A stretch of 64,000 nt of DNA from Bdellovibrio sp. (GTDB lineage: Bacteria; Bdellovibrionota; Bdellovibrionia; Bdellovibrionales; Bdellovibrionaceae). The translations under genes and the position numbers were made by a program. The notes under the pieces were generated by a model. The model ran no database searches. It saw only the letters and a list, made by a program, of their open reading frames with translations, and was not told the origin of the DNA. Below are positions 1 through 9,828 of this stretch, piece after piece. The stretch is taken from assembly GCA_036676395.1 (NCBI GenBank), contig JAKFCY010000002.1, forward strand, positions 1,312,001 to 1,376,000. The letters are read 5' to 3'. The first letter of the stretch is position 1; each line of letters starts with the position of its first letter.

Positions 1-169
1 TTGGAACTCGCTTGCAATTTCAGATCATTTCACTTTTTCATTATTACGTAACCCAGTGATTTTTTTGTCAAAAATTATTTTTGCCACTAGTTCCATTTTG
101 GGTTTCAATTATGAGCAATCAGGATCTAAGTCCAGTAAACAAACATTATCCACCACGGAAAGAGGGATT

Positions 170-1828
170 ATGAAAATCATCATGAAATCAGTTGTCGCAT
201 TAGTAGCCACAGTTGCAATGTGCAACGTAGCTTCAGCGAAGGATCGCTATCTTGTTATCTACAAAAGCCAACAAGGTTACGCAGCAATGAATCAATATAT
301 GTTAACAGAAGGTGTTTCTTCATTAAAAGTTGAAGACTCTTTAGTTCACGTTAACGGTCAAGTTTTAGAAACTTCAAACGTTAACGCGATTAACGCTTTA
401 AGAAATCACCCTGAAGTAGAAGTTATCGAAGCTGAAACTTTCAGACCATCTCCTAAACCAGTTCATGGTTTTAAATTAGTTAAAGCTGCTAAAACTTGGA
501 ACCAAGATTTAGAAGTTTCTGACAACGCTGATATCGATGCACAAGTTCCTCATTTAAATGAAGGTGTGTCTACTCCATGGGGTATCATGGCGGTTAATGC
601 TGGTAACGCGTGGGCGACTGCAAGCGCAGGTATGAATGCACGTGTATTAGTATTAGATACTGGTATTGACCCAAATCACCCAGCATTAAAAAAGAACTTT
701 GAAAAAGGCCGTAACTTTTTTCAATCATTTGATGGACCAAATCCAGAAGATTTCATCGATAAAGAAGGTCACGGAACTCACTGTGCCGGAACAATCGCTG
801 CTTCTTACAATGAAGCTACAGGCTTCACTGGTGTTGCTCCGCTTGCTAAAATCTTAATGGGCCGCGTGTGCGGTGAATTAGGTTGTTCTAATATCGCAGT
901 TGCTCAAGGTATCAACTGGGGTGTTGAGCAAAAAGTTGATGTGATCTCTATGTCATTAGGTGGTCCATCTACTTCTTCAGCTGAACGTAAAGCTGTTCAG
1001 AACGCAGAAGCAGCTGGTGTTACAGTTGTTGCCGCTTCTGGTAACGGTGGAAACGCAGCCGTTTCATTTCCAGCAGCTCTACCAACAGTAGTAGCCGTTG
1101 GTGCGGTTGACTCTTCAATCAAAAAAACTAGCTTCTCTCAATGGGGCCCAGAATTAGACATCGTGGCACCTGGTGCTGCAGTTGTATCTTCTGTACCACA
1201 AGGAACAGGCCGTGATTCAGTAACTGAAATCACTGTTGATGGCACTGCTACTTTAGTTAAATCTGCAGCGTTTTCTGGAACAAAATTATTTCCAACTGCT
1301 AAGTTAGGTGATTTAGTTCCTGCAGGTCTTGGTAAAGCAGAAGATTTCGCAAAAGTTAACGTTGCTGGTAAATTTGCATTAATCAGCCGCGGTGAAATCG
1401 CTTTCGCAGAAAAAGTAAAAAATGCATTAGCTGCTAAAGCTACCGGCGTAGTTGTTTACAACAACACAACTGGTTTAATGCAAGGTGCTTTATCTGAAGA
1501 TGGTACTGAATTAGACGTAGCTGTAGTTATGATCGAACAAACTGTTGGTCTTAAACTAGTTGAACAAATCACTGCTGGCCAAAAAGCTTCGGCTGCGATT
1601 TCAACTTCTGCTTCTGACTACGCCATGTTTGATGGAACTTCAATGGCAACTCCACACGTTGCTGGTGTTGTAGCTCTTATCAAATCGGCTAACAAAAAAT
1701 TAACTCCTGCCCAAGTTAGAACAATCTTAGGTGCGACTGCTTTAGCATTAGGACCTAACGATGCTAACCAATACGGTAAAGGTTTAGTACAAGCTGATAA
1801 AGCTGTGAAAATGGCTGTTGGCCAATAA
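170..1828 (+). CDS. Secreted S8 (subtilisin-like) serine protease with I9-like propeptide and PA domain
   Basis: Motifs VLDTG, HGTHCAG, ASGN and GTSMATPHVAG; PA-domain segment (LISRGEIAFAEK); signal peptide; ATG at 170 follows the SD-like AGAGGG. Confidence 0.95.
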   Translation: MKIIMKSVVALVATVAMCNVASAKDRYLVIYKSQQGYAAMNQYMLTEGVSSLKVEDSLVHVNGQVLETSNVNAINALRNHPEVEVIEAETFRPSPKPVHGFKLVKAAKTWNQDLEVSDNADIDAQVPHLNEGVSTPWGIMAVNAGNAWATASAGMNARVLVLDTGIDPNHPALKKNFEKGRNFFQSFDGPNPEDFIDKEGHGTHCAGTIAASYNEATGFTGVAPLAKILMGRVCGELGCSNIAVAQGINWGVEQKVDVISMSLGGPSTSSAERKAVQNAEAAGVTVVAASGNGGNAAVSFPAALPTVVAVGAVDSSIKKTSFSQWGPELDIVAPGAAVVSSVPQGTGRDSVTEITVDGTATLVKSAAFSGTKLFPTAKLGDLVPAGLGKAEDFAKVNVAGKFALISRGEIAFAEKVKNALAAKATGVVVYNNTTGLMQGALSEDGTELDVAVVMIEQTVGLKLVEQITAGQKASAAISTSASDYAMFDGTSMATPHVAGVVALIKSANKKLTPAQVRTILGATALALGPNDANQYGKGLVQADKAVKMAVGQ

Positions 1829-1885
1829 GACTACCCAAATTTAGGGTAGTTCATGGATGAATAACTCTTTCTAGATATAAAACTT

Positions 1886-1922
1886 AAAAACCCAAAGCGC
1901 GATAAACGCTTTGGGTTTTTTT
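1886..1922. terminator. Bidirectional intrinsic terminator
   Basis: AAAAACCCAAAGCG-loop-CGCTTTGGGTTTTT between convergent genes. Confidence 0.85.
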
Positions 1923-1944
1923 ATTTGTTTTTGTATAGAACTAC

Positions 1945-2343
1945 TTATTTATATTGGGCTGGAAACGATGAGCGAAGCACAAGCTGCGTTTCTCCATGAG
2001 TTGTCATTACGTTACCTTGATCGTTCATAGAACAAGGAACTTCCCAAGATCCTAAATCGTCATTTGGGTCGTCGTAAATTAAATTTCCTGAAGAGGTAAT
2101 TCCTAAAAGATTATTTTCTAAAGCATACTCACTATTTTCATAATTGATCTTGCCGGTAACTTTTCCATGCGTGTAATTCACTGAAACAACCAATACATCG
2201 CCTTCTTCGCCCACATGCTTCCACGTGGTATTCATGGCTTCACCTTTAGGCGAGTTGCCGACGTTTTCAGTCGTGCATTTTTTTGCGTGAGCTAAAGTTG
2301 AAAGTAATAAGATCGACACTAATGTAATGATTTGTTTTTTCAT
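1945..2343 (-). CDS. Hypothetical secreted protein
   Basis: Signal peptide MKKQIITLVSILLLSTLAHA; start placed at 2343, just downstream of a sigma54 motif. Confidence 0.75.
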   Translation of the reverse strand: MKKQIITLVSILLLSTLAHAKKCTTENVGNSPKGEAMNTTWKHVGEEGDVLVVSVNYTHGKVTGKINYENSEYALENNLLGITSSGNLIYDDPNDDLGSWEVPCSMNDQGNVMTTHGETQLVLRSSFPAQYK

Positions 2344-2355
2344 ATAGCTTTGAAT

Positions 2356-2372
2356 TGCAGCCGGCGTACCAA
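2356..2372 (-). promoter_or_regulatory. Sigma54 -24/-12 promoter
   Basis: TTGGTACGCCGGCTGCA on the minus strand (GG-N10-GC). Confidence 0.7.
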
Positions 2373-2469
2373 CTGCAATTCGGCTCAGAATCAAATAAAT
2401 AACAACCTAGCTGTCCAAGAAAATTTGAGTGACGAAAATTGAATTACAGCCGTCTCACTTCGAGATTTG

Positions 2470-2522
2470 GGTAGGCCGTCCCTTTTTCGGATGCAGTGCT
2501 CCCGAAAAAGGGACGGCCTACC
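2470..2522. repeat. Perfect 21-bp GC-rich inverted repeat (REP/REPIN-like hairpin)
   Basis: GGTAGGCCGTCCCTTTTTCGG-N11-CCGAAAAAGGGACGGCCTACC. Confidence 0.8.
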
Positions 2523-2524
2523 TT

Positions 2525-3130
2525 TTAAAGCATGATTGATAAAGTGAATGATAAATCTGTTGAATCGATTTTGTCGAAATGATCATCAACTTCTTTGCTT
2601 GAAGTGTAATTGGCACCTTCAATTTCTTTGAATTGATTGATGTTGTACTGAACGCCCAAACCCACAAAGCGAAACGGGAAGAACATGACTCCAGCAGTAT
2701 AGGTGTGACCTGATAAGGTAAATCCTTGAAGGCTGCCTTCATCTTCGAATTTTAATTTATTAAGAGGCGAGTAGCCTAAATATATTTTCATCGCGTTCAT
2801 CGCGCTGACGCCAACTTGAAAGCCTGCAATCGTGTGCGTGAATTTAGGTTTGTCTATTTCATTACCTTCGATTTTGGCTTTGCCTGATATTTGCTCGCCG
2901 GCTAAAAGTAAACTAACTCCTGCAGCCGAAGTTACCCCAAGTTTTAGACTGGCTACGGGGCCCGTCATTGAATATTTTGTTAAAGCTTGTGATAGGTCAG
3001 TCAGTTTTAAAGTTTCTTCTTTATAACCGATTCCTGGTTCGATAATGAATGCGCCTGCGGCTTTTGCTTTTGATGTAATTCCTGATGTCGTCACTAGCAA
3101 AACTAAAGATAAGATCGCCTTTTTGTTCAT
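2525..3130 (-). CDS. Outer-membrane beta-barrel protein (OmpA/OmpW-like, small)
   Basis: Signal peptide, alternating amphipathic beta-strands, hydrophobic C-terminal strand. Confidence 0.65.
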   Translation of the reverse strand: MNKKAILSLVLLVTTSGITSKAKAAGAFIIEPGIGYKEETLKLTDLSQALTKYSMTGPVASLKLGVTSAAGVSLLLAGEQISGKAKIEGNEIDKPKFTHTIAGFQVGVSAMNAMKIYLGYSPLNKLKFEDEGSLQGFTLSGHTYTAGVMFFPFRFVGLGVQYNINQFKEIEGANYTSSKEVDDHFDKIDSTDLSFTLSIML

Positions 3131-3243
3131 AGGATATTGTTCCTTGTTTTGGTTGTGGTTTTAATTCATTTTAAGCCATTTTTTAGAATGAAATGAGCAA
3201 TAAATTGCGTCTTTCCTATATCTTAGACTATAGTCGAAAGCCT

Positions 3244-3735
3244 ATGTCATATGTAGCTGAAAAATTGAACTATCAAAACAAAACTGAATTTTATCAAAAA
3301 TTGAACGAAGAACTAAAATACAATTTGGATAAACATTGGTTCACAAATCTATCGCAATTTTCAGCTTTAGTGTTTGATCAATTGCCGGATGTAAATTGGG
3401 TGGGATTTTACCTAAATGTCTCTAACGAGCTGATTCTAGGCCCTTTTCAGGGAAAACCTGCTTGCATGAAAATCAATTTCGGCCGCGGTGTATGTGGCAC
3501 TTCAGCGCAAAAGCGCGAAGCGATTTTAGTTGATGATGTCGAAGCCTTTCCTGGCCACATTGCCTGTGATTCGGCGTCGCGTTCTGAAATTGTAATCCCG
3601 TTAATTCAAAATGATGCGGTTTTAGGGGTGCTGGATGTGGATTCGCCCAGCTTAAAGCGCTTCACGCAAGACGATGTAACTGGACTAAAGTTTCTGGTTG
3701 ATACACTGCTAAATACGACGACAATTAGACTCTAG
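3244..3735 (+). CDS. msrC: GAF-domain free methionine-R-sulfoxide reductase (YebR/MsrC family)
   Basis: NWVGFY, LGPFQGKPAC, GRGVCG, HIACD and SEIVIP motifs; start position uncertain. Confidence 0.85.
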   Translation: MSYVAEKLNYQNKTEFYQKLNEELKYNLDKHWFTNLSQFSALVFDQLPDVNWVGFYLNVSNELILGPFQGKPACMKINFGRGVCGTSAQKREAILVDDVEAFPGHIACDSASRSEIVIPLIQNDAVLGVLDVDSPSLKRFTQDDVTGLKFLVDTLLNTTTIRL

Positions 3736-3760
3736 TCTAGAGCATAATAGGCATGCTTTT

Positions 3761-3768
3761 GCCGATAA
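3761..3768 (+). promoter_or_regulatory. Sigma28 (FliA)-like -10 box
   Basis: GCCGATAA 6 nt before the ATG at 3775; no clear -35 box. Confidence 0.45.
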
Positions 3769-3774
3769 GAAAGC

Positions 3775-6486
3775 ATGTCAACAGCATTAAAAACACAAGT
3801 CAAAAAAAGCGATTACTTATCTGAATTACGTTCGATGTATCATTCACTGGATACTGAAGAAAGATTCAAATCGATTCATCAATTAGCGCAAGAAAAAAAT
3901 TCTGATTCTACGCGCGAATTGATTCATATTTTTAATGAATGCGGCTGGCGCGAAACCAAGTTCCAAATCTTAAAATCAATCGTCGCAAATCCTGATCTGC
4001 GTTGTTTAGAGTTCTTATGTGCGCAAGCCCAACAAACTGAAGACATTCCGTTAGCCGAAGCAGCACTTCAAGCCCTGGGCGATACGAAAAGTATCTGGGC
4101 TGCAAGATTTCTATCTGAGTTTTATAAATTCGCACCTGAAACATTAAAACCAGCCTGTGCGCTAGCATTAGGTAAATTATCTGATCGCAGGTTATTGCCA
4201 GAATTTTTACATGATTTAGATAGAGCTTTTAAATTACAGCAGACATTGTTAGTAAAACATTTGGTGTTAGCGCTGGGTGAATTAAAAGCTCAGGCGGCAA
4301 TTCCTATGCTTGTAACTATTGCTAAGAACAAAAACTTTCGCGATGTGGCGCTAAGTGCTGTAGTCAGTCTTGGCAAAATCGCTAAAGACACAAAAGTTTT
4401 TAACGAGCTAGAAACATATTTTAAAAATGATTCTTTCGAGTATCAAATTTTTAATGCCGCGAAAAGCCAATGCCAATTTAGATCTGACTGGAAATTAGAA
4501 GATTATTTAAATAAAATCATCACTCAAGGCTCATTTCATCCAGCCTTGTTGTTAGAATTTAATTCATTTCCGGTAACGGATGTAAAAGCAGCTCTTGATA
4601 TGTTAGCTGAAGATGAATTAAGCCCTACATTATTTCAAATATTAGCTAAGATTGAGTTTCCAGAAGTTGTTGGTTGGTATAAAGAATACAGCCACTTGGT
4701 GAACGAAAATAACCAAGAAGAATTTTTATTAAGCTTAAGTTCACATTCAAAAACTGATTTATTGCAAGTTTTAGAAAAGTATTCAGATATTAAAAATAAA
4801 TACTTTATCAAAGCGCATTTATTAAATTCGGCAAATCCTGAACCAGAACTTAAAAAATTCATTTTATCTGATGATTTTAAAAATGTTTCAGAAACAGAGC
4901 AGATTCAGATTTTAAATGATTTTTATTATTACTTATTAGCTTATAAGCCGAATGAAAAATTATATAACCAATGCTTAAAAACTTTAGAAGGCTTTGCGAT
5001 TGATGGCAAAAGTTTAAAACCAAAAGCTTTAGGCCGTATGATTCGGCTGTTTGGCCAATTAGGGTATTCAAGCCCTAAATTAAACCAATTTGTTTTTACC
5101 AAACACACTGATCAGCGTAAAAGCTGCTTAGTGTATTTCGAAGCTCAGGCGCAAAGCTATTTTTGGGCTGAAGCCGTACAGTCTCCGGTATTTACAAAAA
5201 ATCCGGATTTTGAAGAAGACGACATTAATGCCGTTTTGAAAATCTTAATCAACGGTAAAGAAAATCCATTCACTGAAAGCAAATGGACTGATTTTTTAAA
5301 AACTGCTGCCGCTGATAAATCAGAAAGCACGCAAATCTGGTTTTTAAAACTGATCGCTCAGTTTAAGCCTGTGGCGTACAAAGAGCATTTGTTAAAGTTA
5401 GCTAAAAGCCAAAACTATATCGTACAGTTTCACGTGATTATCGCTCTTAAAAGCTTTGGCGATGAAACCTTATCTGATCAAATCGCGGTATTTTTAAGTT
5501 CTCAATCAAAATCGATTTCAGGTCGTGCGCTAGATGCGATGTTAAGTTTACCGGGTAATCGCGCTAAACGCTTAGTGTTTGAGTATTTCAGTGAACATTA
5601 TGCAACACCTGGTGTGGTTGAAAAAATCGTTAGATCATTTAAACCACCAGAAAATGACACAGATTATTTTGTCGTTCAGTCAGCAAAGATCGTGGCTCAC
5701 TTAGAGCAAAGTGAACCAGATTTTCAGGCATTGCCAATGCTGCGTGAATTTAAAGATCAATTAGCCGTTCATCAAAAAAGTTTTTCGAAGCTAAAATCGA
5801 CACCAACTGATGCAGATATCTTAGCGATTGATTATGAAATCGAAAAAATGATTCCGTCTTATAAGCACTTTGATGAGGCTTCTAAAGCGGCATTACGTTC
5901 TGCTGAAGTGGTGTTTAAACATCCAGAGCTATTTGATGCCTTCGTTGATAAATCAAGTGTGGTGATGGGTTATAGTAAAGCGATTGATATCGTTTTAGAA
6001 AAACAATTAGGCCGTAAGATTTTATTTCCGAAATTAGAAGCGAAATTGAATGAATTTCAAAATGTGGTGCATTCGTTAACGTTAAACGAAGACTATCCAC
6101 AAGGCGAAAAAGTTTTAAAACTTTTACATCTTGAAAAGCATTTTTCAGTGCAGTCATTGCCAGTGCATAAAATGGGATTAGTTTCTCAGGGCATTATGAA
6201 TTCTAAAATCATCAACGAGCATTTCAAAATCTTAGATGGATTACGTGCCTGGGCCGTCATGCTATTAGTGTTTGCCAGAAAGTCTTCAGCTTTAACTAAG
6301 CCACTAATTTCTGTGGTTGATGATGAGCAAAGCTGTATTTTATTAGCAAAAAAACTAATGTGGCTTCAAGACGTTAGAAATCCGATCGCGCACAGACAAA
6401 CTGTGGTCGAACACAAAGATGTGGAACAGATCCGCGAAGAAGTGTTCCAGATTTTAAAGTTAATGAATAAGTTACTATTTTATTAA
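3775..6486 (+). CDS. HEAT/ARM-repeat protein with C-terminal HEPN-like domain
   Basis: Repeated A(L/A)xALGx helical hairpins; C-terminal DKSSVVMGYSKAID and RNPIAH (RxxxxH). Confidence 0.7.
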   Translation: MSTALKTQVKKSDYLSELRSMYHSLDTEERFKSIHQLAQEKNSDSTRELIHIFNECGWRETKFQILKSIVANPDLRCLEFLCAQAQQTEDIPLAEAALQALGDTKSIWAARFLSEFYKFAPETLKPACALALGKLSDRRLLPEFLHDLDRAFKLQQTLLVKHLVLALGELKAQAAIPMLVTIAKNKNFRDVALSAVVSLGKIAKDTKVFNELETYFKNDSFEYQIFNAAKSQCQFRSDWKLEDYLNKIITQGSFHPALLLEFNSFPVTDVKAALDMLAEDELSPTLFQILAKIEFPEVVGWYKEYSHLVNENNQEEFLLSLSSHSKTDLLQVLEKYSDIKNKYFIKAHLLNSANPEPELKKFILSDDFKNVSETEQIQILNDFYYYLLAYKPNEKLYNQCLKTLEGFAIDGKSLKPKALGRMIRLFGQLGYSSPKLNQFVFTKHTDQRKSCLVYFEAQAQSYFWAEAVQSPVFTKNPDFEEDDINAVLKILINGKENPFTESKWTDFLKTAAADKSESTQIWFLKLIAQFKPVAYKEHLLKLAKSQNYIVQFHVIIALKSFGDETLSDQIAVFLSSQSKSISGRALDAMLSLPGNRAKRLVFEYFSEHYATPGVVEKIVRSFKPPENDTDYFVVQSAKIVAHLEQSEPDFQALPMLREFKDQLAVHQKSFSKLKSTPTDADILAIDYEIEKMIPSYKHFDEASKAALRSAEVVFKHPELFDAFVDKSSVVMGYSKAIDIVLEKQLGRKILFPKLEAKLNEFQNVVHSLTLNEDYPQGEKVLKLLHLEKHFSVQSLPVHKMGLVSQGIMNSKIINEHFKILDGLRAWAVMLLVFARKSSALTKPLISVVDDEQSCILLAKKLMWLQDVRNPIAHRQTVVEHKDVEQIREEVFQILKLMNKLLFY

Positions 6487-7808
6487 TCAGCTAAAACGTA
6501 AGGACGAAGAGTTTCAGCGCTGCCATCGAATGAAACATTCGTCGTTACACCTAAGATTTCCATAACAAACGGGTAGATATCAATATTGCTGAATTCAGGA
6601 ATATTTGCTCTGCGTTTAGTGATGTGGCTTCCGGCTGCGATAAATAGGGCGTGCATTGATTTGTTAGTGTTTGGCCAGCCATGTGAGCCGCCGCCTACGC
6701 GGTAGGGTTTTTCTGGATTAAAAGTACGATCGGTCATGTAGTGACCCGCTTCAGAGACGACGAAGATATCACCCACACGGTCAGTGTTTGTTAAGTGGTA
6801 TTCGGCCGGAATATCAGCGCGAAGATATACTTTGTAGTTTTTCTCTTTAGCTTTTAAATCCTGGTAAACTTTTGCAATTTTAGTTTCATCGTCGTGGTAA
6901 AGCATTACAGCTGCGCCTTTATCGCTCCATTTGAAGCCTGATAAATTAGCCTTGTCGCCTAAGAAAATAATTTTATCTTGATAGTTCGTTTGCATACCGT
7001 GATCTGAAACCAGAACTAGGTTAATCGGTAAATCAGAGGCGCGAATAAAATCCCATAAACGGCCAATTTCACGATCGACTTCTAACACGGCGTCTTTAAC
7101 TTCTTTTGAATCTGGACCGTTGGCATGTCCTGCAGAATCGACAATCGAAAAATATGAATTAATATAATGCGGGCGTTTTTCAGCAGGTAGTTTTAACCAT
7201 TCCATGACAACATCAACTCGTTGAGCTGAAGTCACTTTACTGCTGTAAGGGGCATAACAGGTCGGATCTTGGCCGTTCACATGAACTTCGTTAGCCACCC
7301 ATTGGTTCGTGTGGGCGATCATTCCGTTTTTTTCTACCACATTCCAGATCGGCTCGCCTTGATACCAAGTTGCATCTGAAGATGTGTCGCCGAAAGCATT
7401 ATAAGTTTCTTTTCTTTTTTCATCGTAAAAGTAATTACTTAAAATACCGTGATTCGTTGGTAGGCGACCAGTCACTAAAGTGTAATGGTTTGGAAAGGTA
7501 TGCGTTGGGTAACTTGGAAGCATGCCCGGAGAATAAATACCTTCTTTGGCGATTTTTTTCAAATTTGGAGGATTAATTTTTTGCATGTAATCAGCGCGAA
7601 AGCCATCGATTGAAATCATGATCACGATCGGGCGGTCTATCATAGCTAAAGAATTTTTATTATCAGCACAAGTTAAGTTAAGTGAAGCTTCACGAAGGCG
7701 AACGGCTTCTTCAGGTTTTGGAGTTTCGCTCTTACTGCAGGCGATTAAAGAAACTGTTAAAGCAAAAATTAATGAAACGGCACCTATAGCACGCGTGAAT
7801 GTATTCAT
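6483..7808 (-). CDS. Ectonucleotide pyrophosphatase/phosphodiesterase (alkaline phosphatase superfamily) lipoprotein
   Basis: ISIDGFR, PTHTFPNHYTLVTG, DSAGH, SDHG and GSHG motifs; lipobox LIAC. Confidence 0.9.
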   Translation of the reverse strand: MNTFTRAIGAVSLIFALTVSLIACSKSETPKPEEAVRLREASLNLTCADNKNSLAMIDRPIVIMISIDGFRADYMQKINPPNLKKIAKEGIYSPGMLPSYPTHTFPNHYTLVTGRLPTNHGILSNYFYDEKRKETYNAFGDTSSDATWYQGEPIWNVVEKNGMIAHTNQWVANEVHVNGQDPTCYAPYSSKVTSAQRVDVVMEWLKLPAEKRPHYINSYFSIVDSAGHANGPDSKEVKDAVLEVDREIGRLWDFIRASDLPINLVLVSDHGMQTNYQDKIIFLGDKANLSGFKWSDKGAAVMLYHDDETKIAKVYQDLKAKEKNYKVYLRADIPAEYHLTNTDRVGDIFVVSEAGHYMTDRTFNPEKPYRVGGGSHGWPNTNKSMHALFIAAGSHITKRRANIPEFSNIDIYPFVMEILGVTTNVSFDGSAETLRPYVLAD

Positions 7809-7923
7809 AATCTAACTCCCCTCAAAGCTAAAATATTAACCAAATCTAGGCTCATCTAAACCTAGATCTTGGTCTACATCAAGAGTAATGGGATGCGTTA
7901 AATTATTGTGTTAACGTTAGAAA

Positions 7924-9171
7924 CTAGTACGGCTGTCTTTGTTCAGAATTTCCTAAATCCATTGCCATAGTTAGCGCGATTTTAGAAAAAAGTTTTGCAT
8001 GCTCAAAGCTCATTACTGGGCTGATAACATCTTGGGGAGTATGGATACTTTTGAAAGAAGAGTCGAATTTAGACTCTGTCGGAAACAAAGTCGCAAAGCC
8101 TTGGCGGTGCCATGAAGCATGGTCACTACAACCATAACCGCATTGGTCTTCTTGAACAGTGGCATGAAAGTAAGTGTTGTTTGCAGCCACTAAATAGTCG
8201 CGTAACCAACGGCTTGTAAAATCAGTCATGCTAGCAATCTTTAAAACACCATCACCAGGAAACATCGTCATATCTAATTGAAGAACAGCGATGATATCTT
8301 TTTGCTGAGCTTTAGCTTCTTTTGCGATTTCAGCAGAACCAAGTAAGCCAGACTCTTCACCGGCGTACCAGTAAAATTCAATCGTTCTTTCAGGTTGCGG
8401 TTGTAAAGTTAAAACACGTAAGGCTTCAACTAAAGCTGAAGAGCCAGAAGCATTATCATCAGCACCCGGAGCTTTTGATCCCATACCCATAAATCCGCTG
8501 ATTGAATCTAAGTGACCACCTAGAACGATAATTTCTGACGGGCGAGTAGAGCCTTGAATAGTCAGCTTAATTGATTTTTGTGGCGTTGATTTGTGGCTAA
8601 CCGTTTCGATATTGATTGGGTAGTTAGCTTGTTTTGCGATCTCAGCTAAACGATCCATGAACGGGTTGATGTGGTTATTCGGGTTTGAACCTTTATTATA
8701 ACGTGTCGGAAAAGCAGATAAGAATTCAACCGTATTGCGAATTTTATCACCACTTAATTGTTCTAAAGCTTCAGAGATTTCAGCGCGAGCTTCTAGGTCT
8801 TCAACTTGTGAGAACGATAAAACTTGGTTTCTTTTATGATATGTATTTAAAGCTTCAAGTTGTTGGCGTACAGAAATTAGATCACGTGGCATTTCATCCA
8901 AAGCCTCGAAGTTTCCGCAACGACCGTTAGCGTGAGCAAGCTCTGAAAGTTTGCCTTCAGACGCTGAATTTAACACCGCATAACCTACACCAGTTTCTTC
9001 ATCTTTATATAGAACTGGAATATTGGCTGCGCGTAATAGCTTAAGATCCGCTAATACAGGCTTAAACACCAGAGGGTCACCGTGTTGGCCGTGGGCATTT
9101 AAGATCGGAGTTGAGTTGAAAATTGTAAGTGTAATAAGAGATGTGGCAATAAGACGTGTGGTATTTTGCAT
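7924..9171 (-). CDS. M28 family leucyl aminopeptidase
   Basis: GGHLDS, GADDNASG, GEESGLLGS, LQLDM and CSDHASW motifs; signal peptide. Confidence 0.92.
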   Translation of the reverse strand: MQNTTRLIATSLITLTIFNSTPILNAHGQHGDPLVFKPVLADLKLLRAANIPVLYKDEETGVGYAVLNSASEGKLSELAHANGRCGNFEALDEMPRDLISVRQQLEALNTYHKRNQVLSFSQVEDLEARAEISEALEQLSGDKIRNTVEFLSAFPTRYNKGSNPNNHINPFMDRLAEIAKQANYPINIETVSHKSTPQKSIKLTIQGSTRPSEIIVLGGHLDSISGFMGMGSKAPGADDNASGSSALVEALRVLTLQPQPERTIEFYWYAGEESGLLGSAEIAKEAKAQQKDIIAVLQLDMTMFPGDGVLKIASMTDFTSRWLRDYLVAANNTYFHATVQEDQCGYGCSDHASWHRQGFATLFPTESKFDSSFKSIHTPQDVISPVMSFEHAKLFSKIALTMAMDLGNSEQRQPY

Positions 9172-9283
9172 AGATAAATCTTAGCTATGAAAATTTCATG
9201 AAGCAGCATTTTCACTCTTGAGTCTTGCAATTCTAGACTAAAGATAGTGAGCGTAAAAACATGGCACCAGAGAGTCCCGCGCA

Positions 9284-9300
9284 TTGGCACGAGCCTTGTA
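9284..9300 (+). promoter_or_regulatory. Sigma54-like promoter (GT at -12)
   Basis: TTGGCACGAGCCTTGTA. Confidence 0.6.
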
Positions 9301-9346
9301 ATACCCTTTGTGAGCGCCTTTCAAAGGGCGTTTATTTGGAGGACGT

Positions 9347-9790
9347 ATGACGAAGTTTCTGACAGTGATGACTATTTTTGGTCTTTTCGCGTTTAAAAGC
9401 TATGGATTAGATATGAATGATTTGAAAAATCTGGCTGAAGCGATTGCTCAATTCAAACAATCGGTGCAAACGATGGAAGCCGTGTATGATAAGGGCGTGA
9501 TCAAAGCTGATTTAGTTGCGCTTAAAAAAATCAACGCAAGCACTGCTGCAGTTTTAAAATATTGCCAAGTGATCGAAACGAAATTTCAGGCAAAAGCGCC
9601 AGAAGTTTTAGCGCGCAAACAAGAAGCTAGAAATCGTGCGATCGAAAAGTCTGAAAGTTTATTAGATGCATCGGATGCTGATTTAAGATCAGCCCAAGTT
9701 GATTTCGTGCGTGGTTTAGAGACAGCGAAATACTGCTTAGGCTTAACAAGTCAAATGGCCGCATCGATTCGCGCCTCTATTTCGCAGTAA
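9347..9790 (+). CDS. Hypothetical secreted alpha-helical protein
   Basis: Strong SD GGAGG, signal peptide, helical composition. Confidence 0.75.
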   Translation: MTKFLTVMTIFGLFAFKSYGLDMNDLKNLAEAIAQFKQSVQTMEAVYDKGVIKADLVALKKINASTAAVLKYCQVIETKFQAKAPEVLARKQEARNRAIEKSESLLDASDADLRSAQVDFVRGLETAKYCLGLTSQMAASIRASISQ

Positions 9791-9828
9791 TCAATGGGCG
9801 AAGCCCAATAATTTTAGCTAGTTAAAAG

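Noticed and set aside
1..16. TTGGAACTCGCTTGCA as a sigma54 promoter
   Set aside because: GG-to-GC spacing is 9 rather than the required 10
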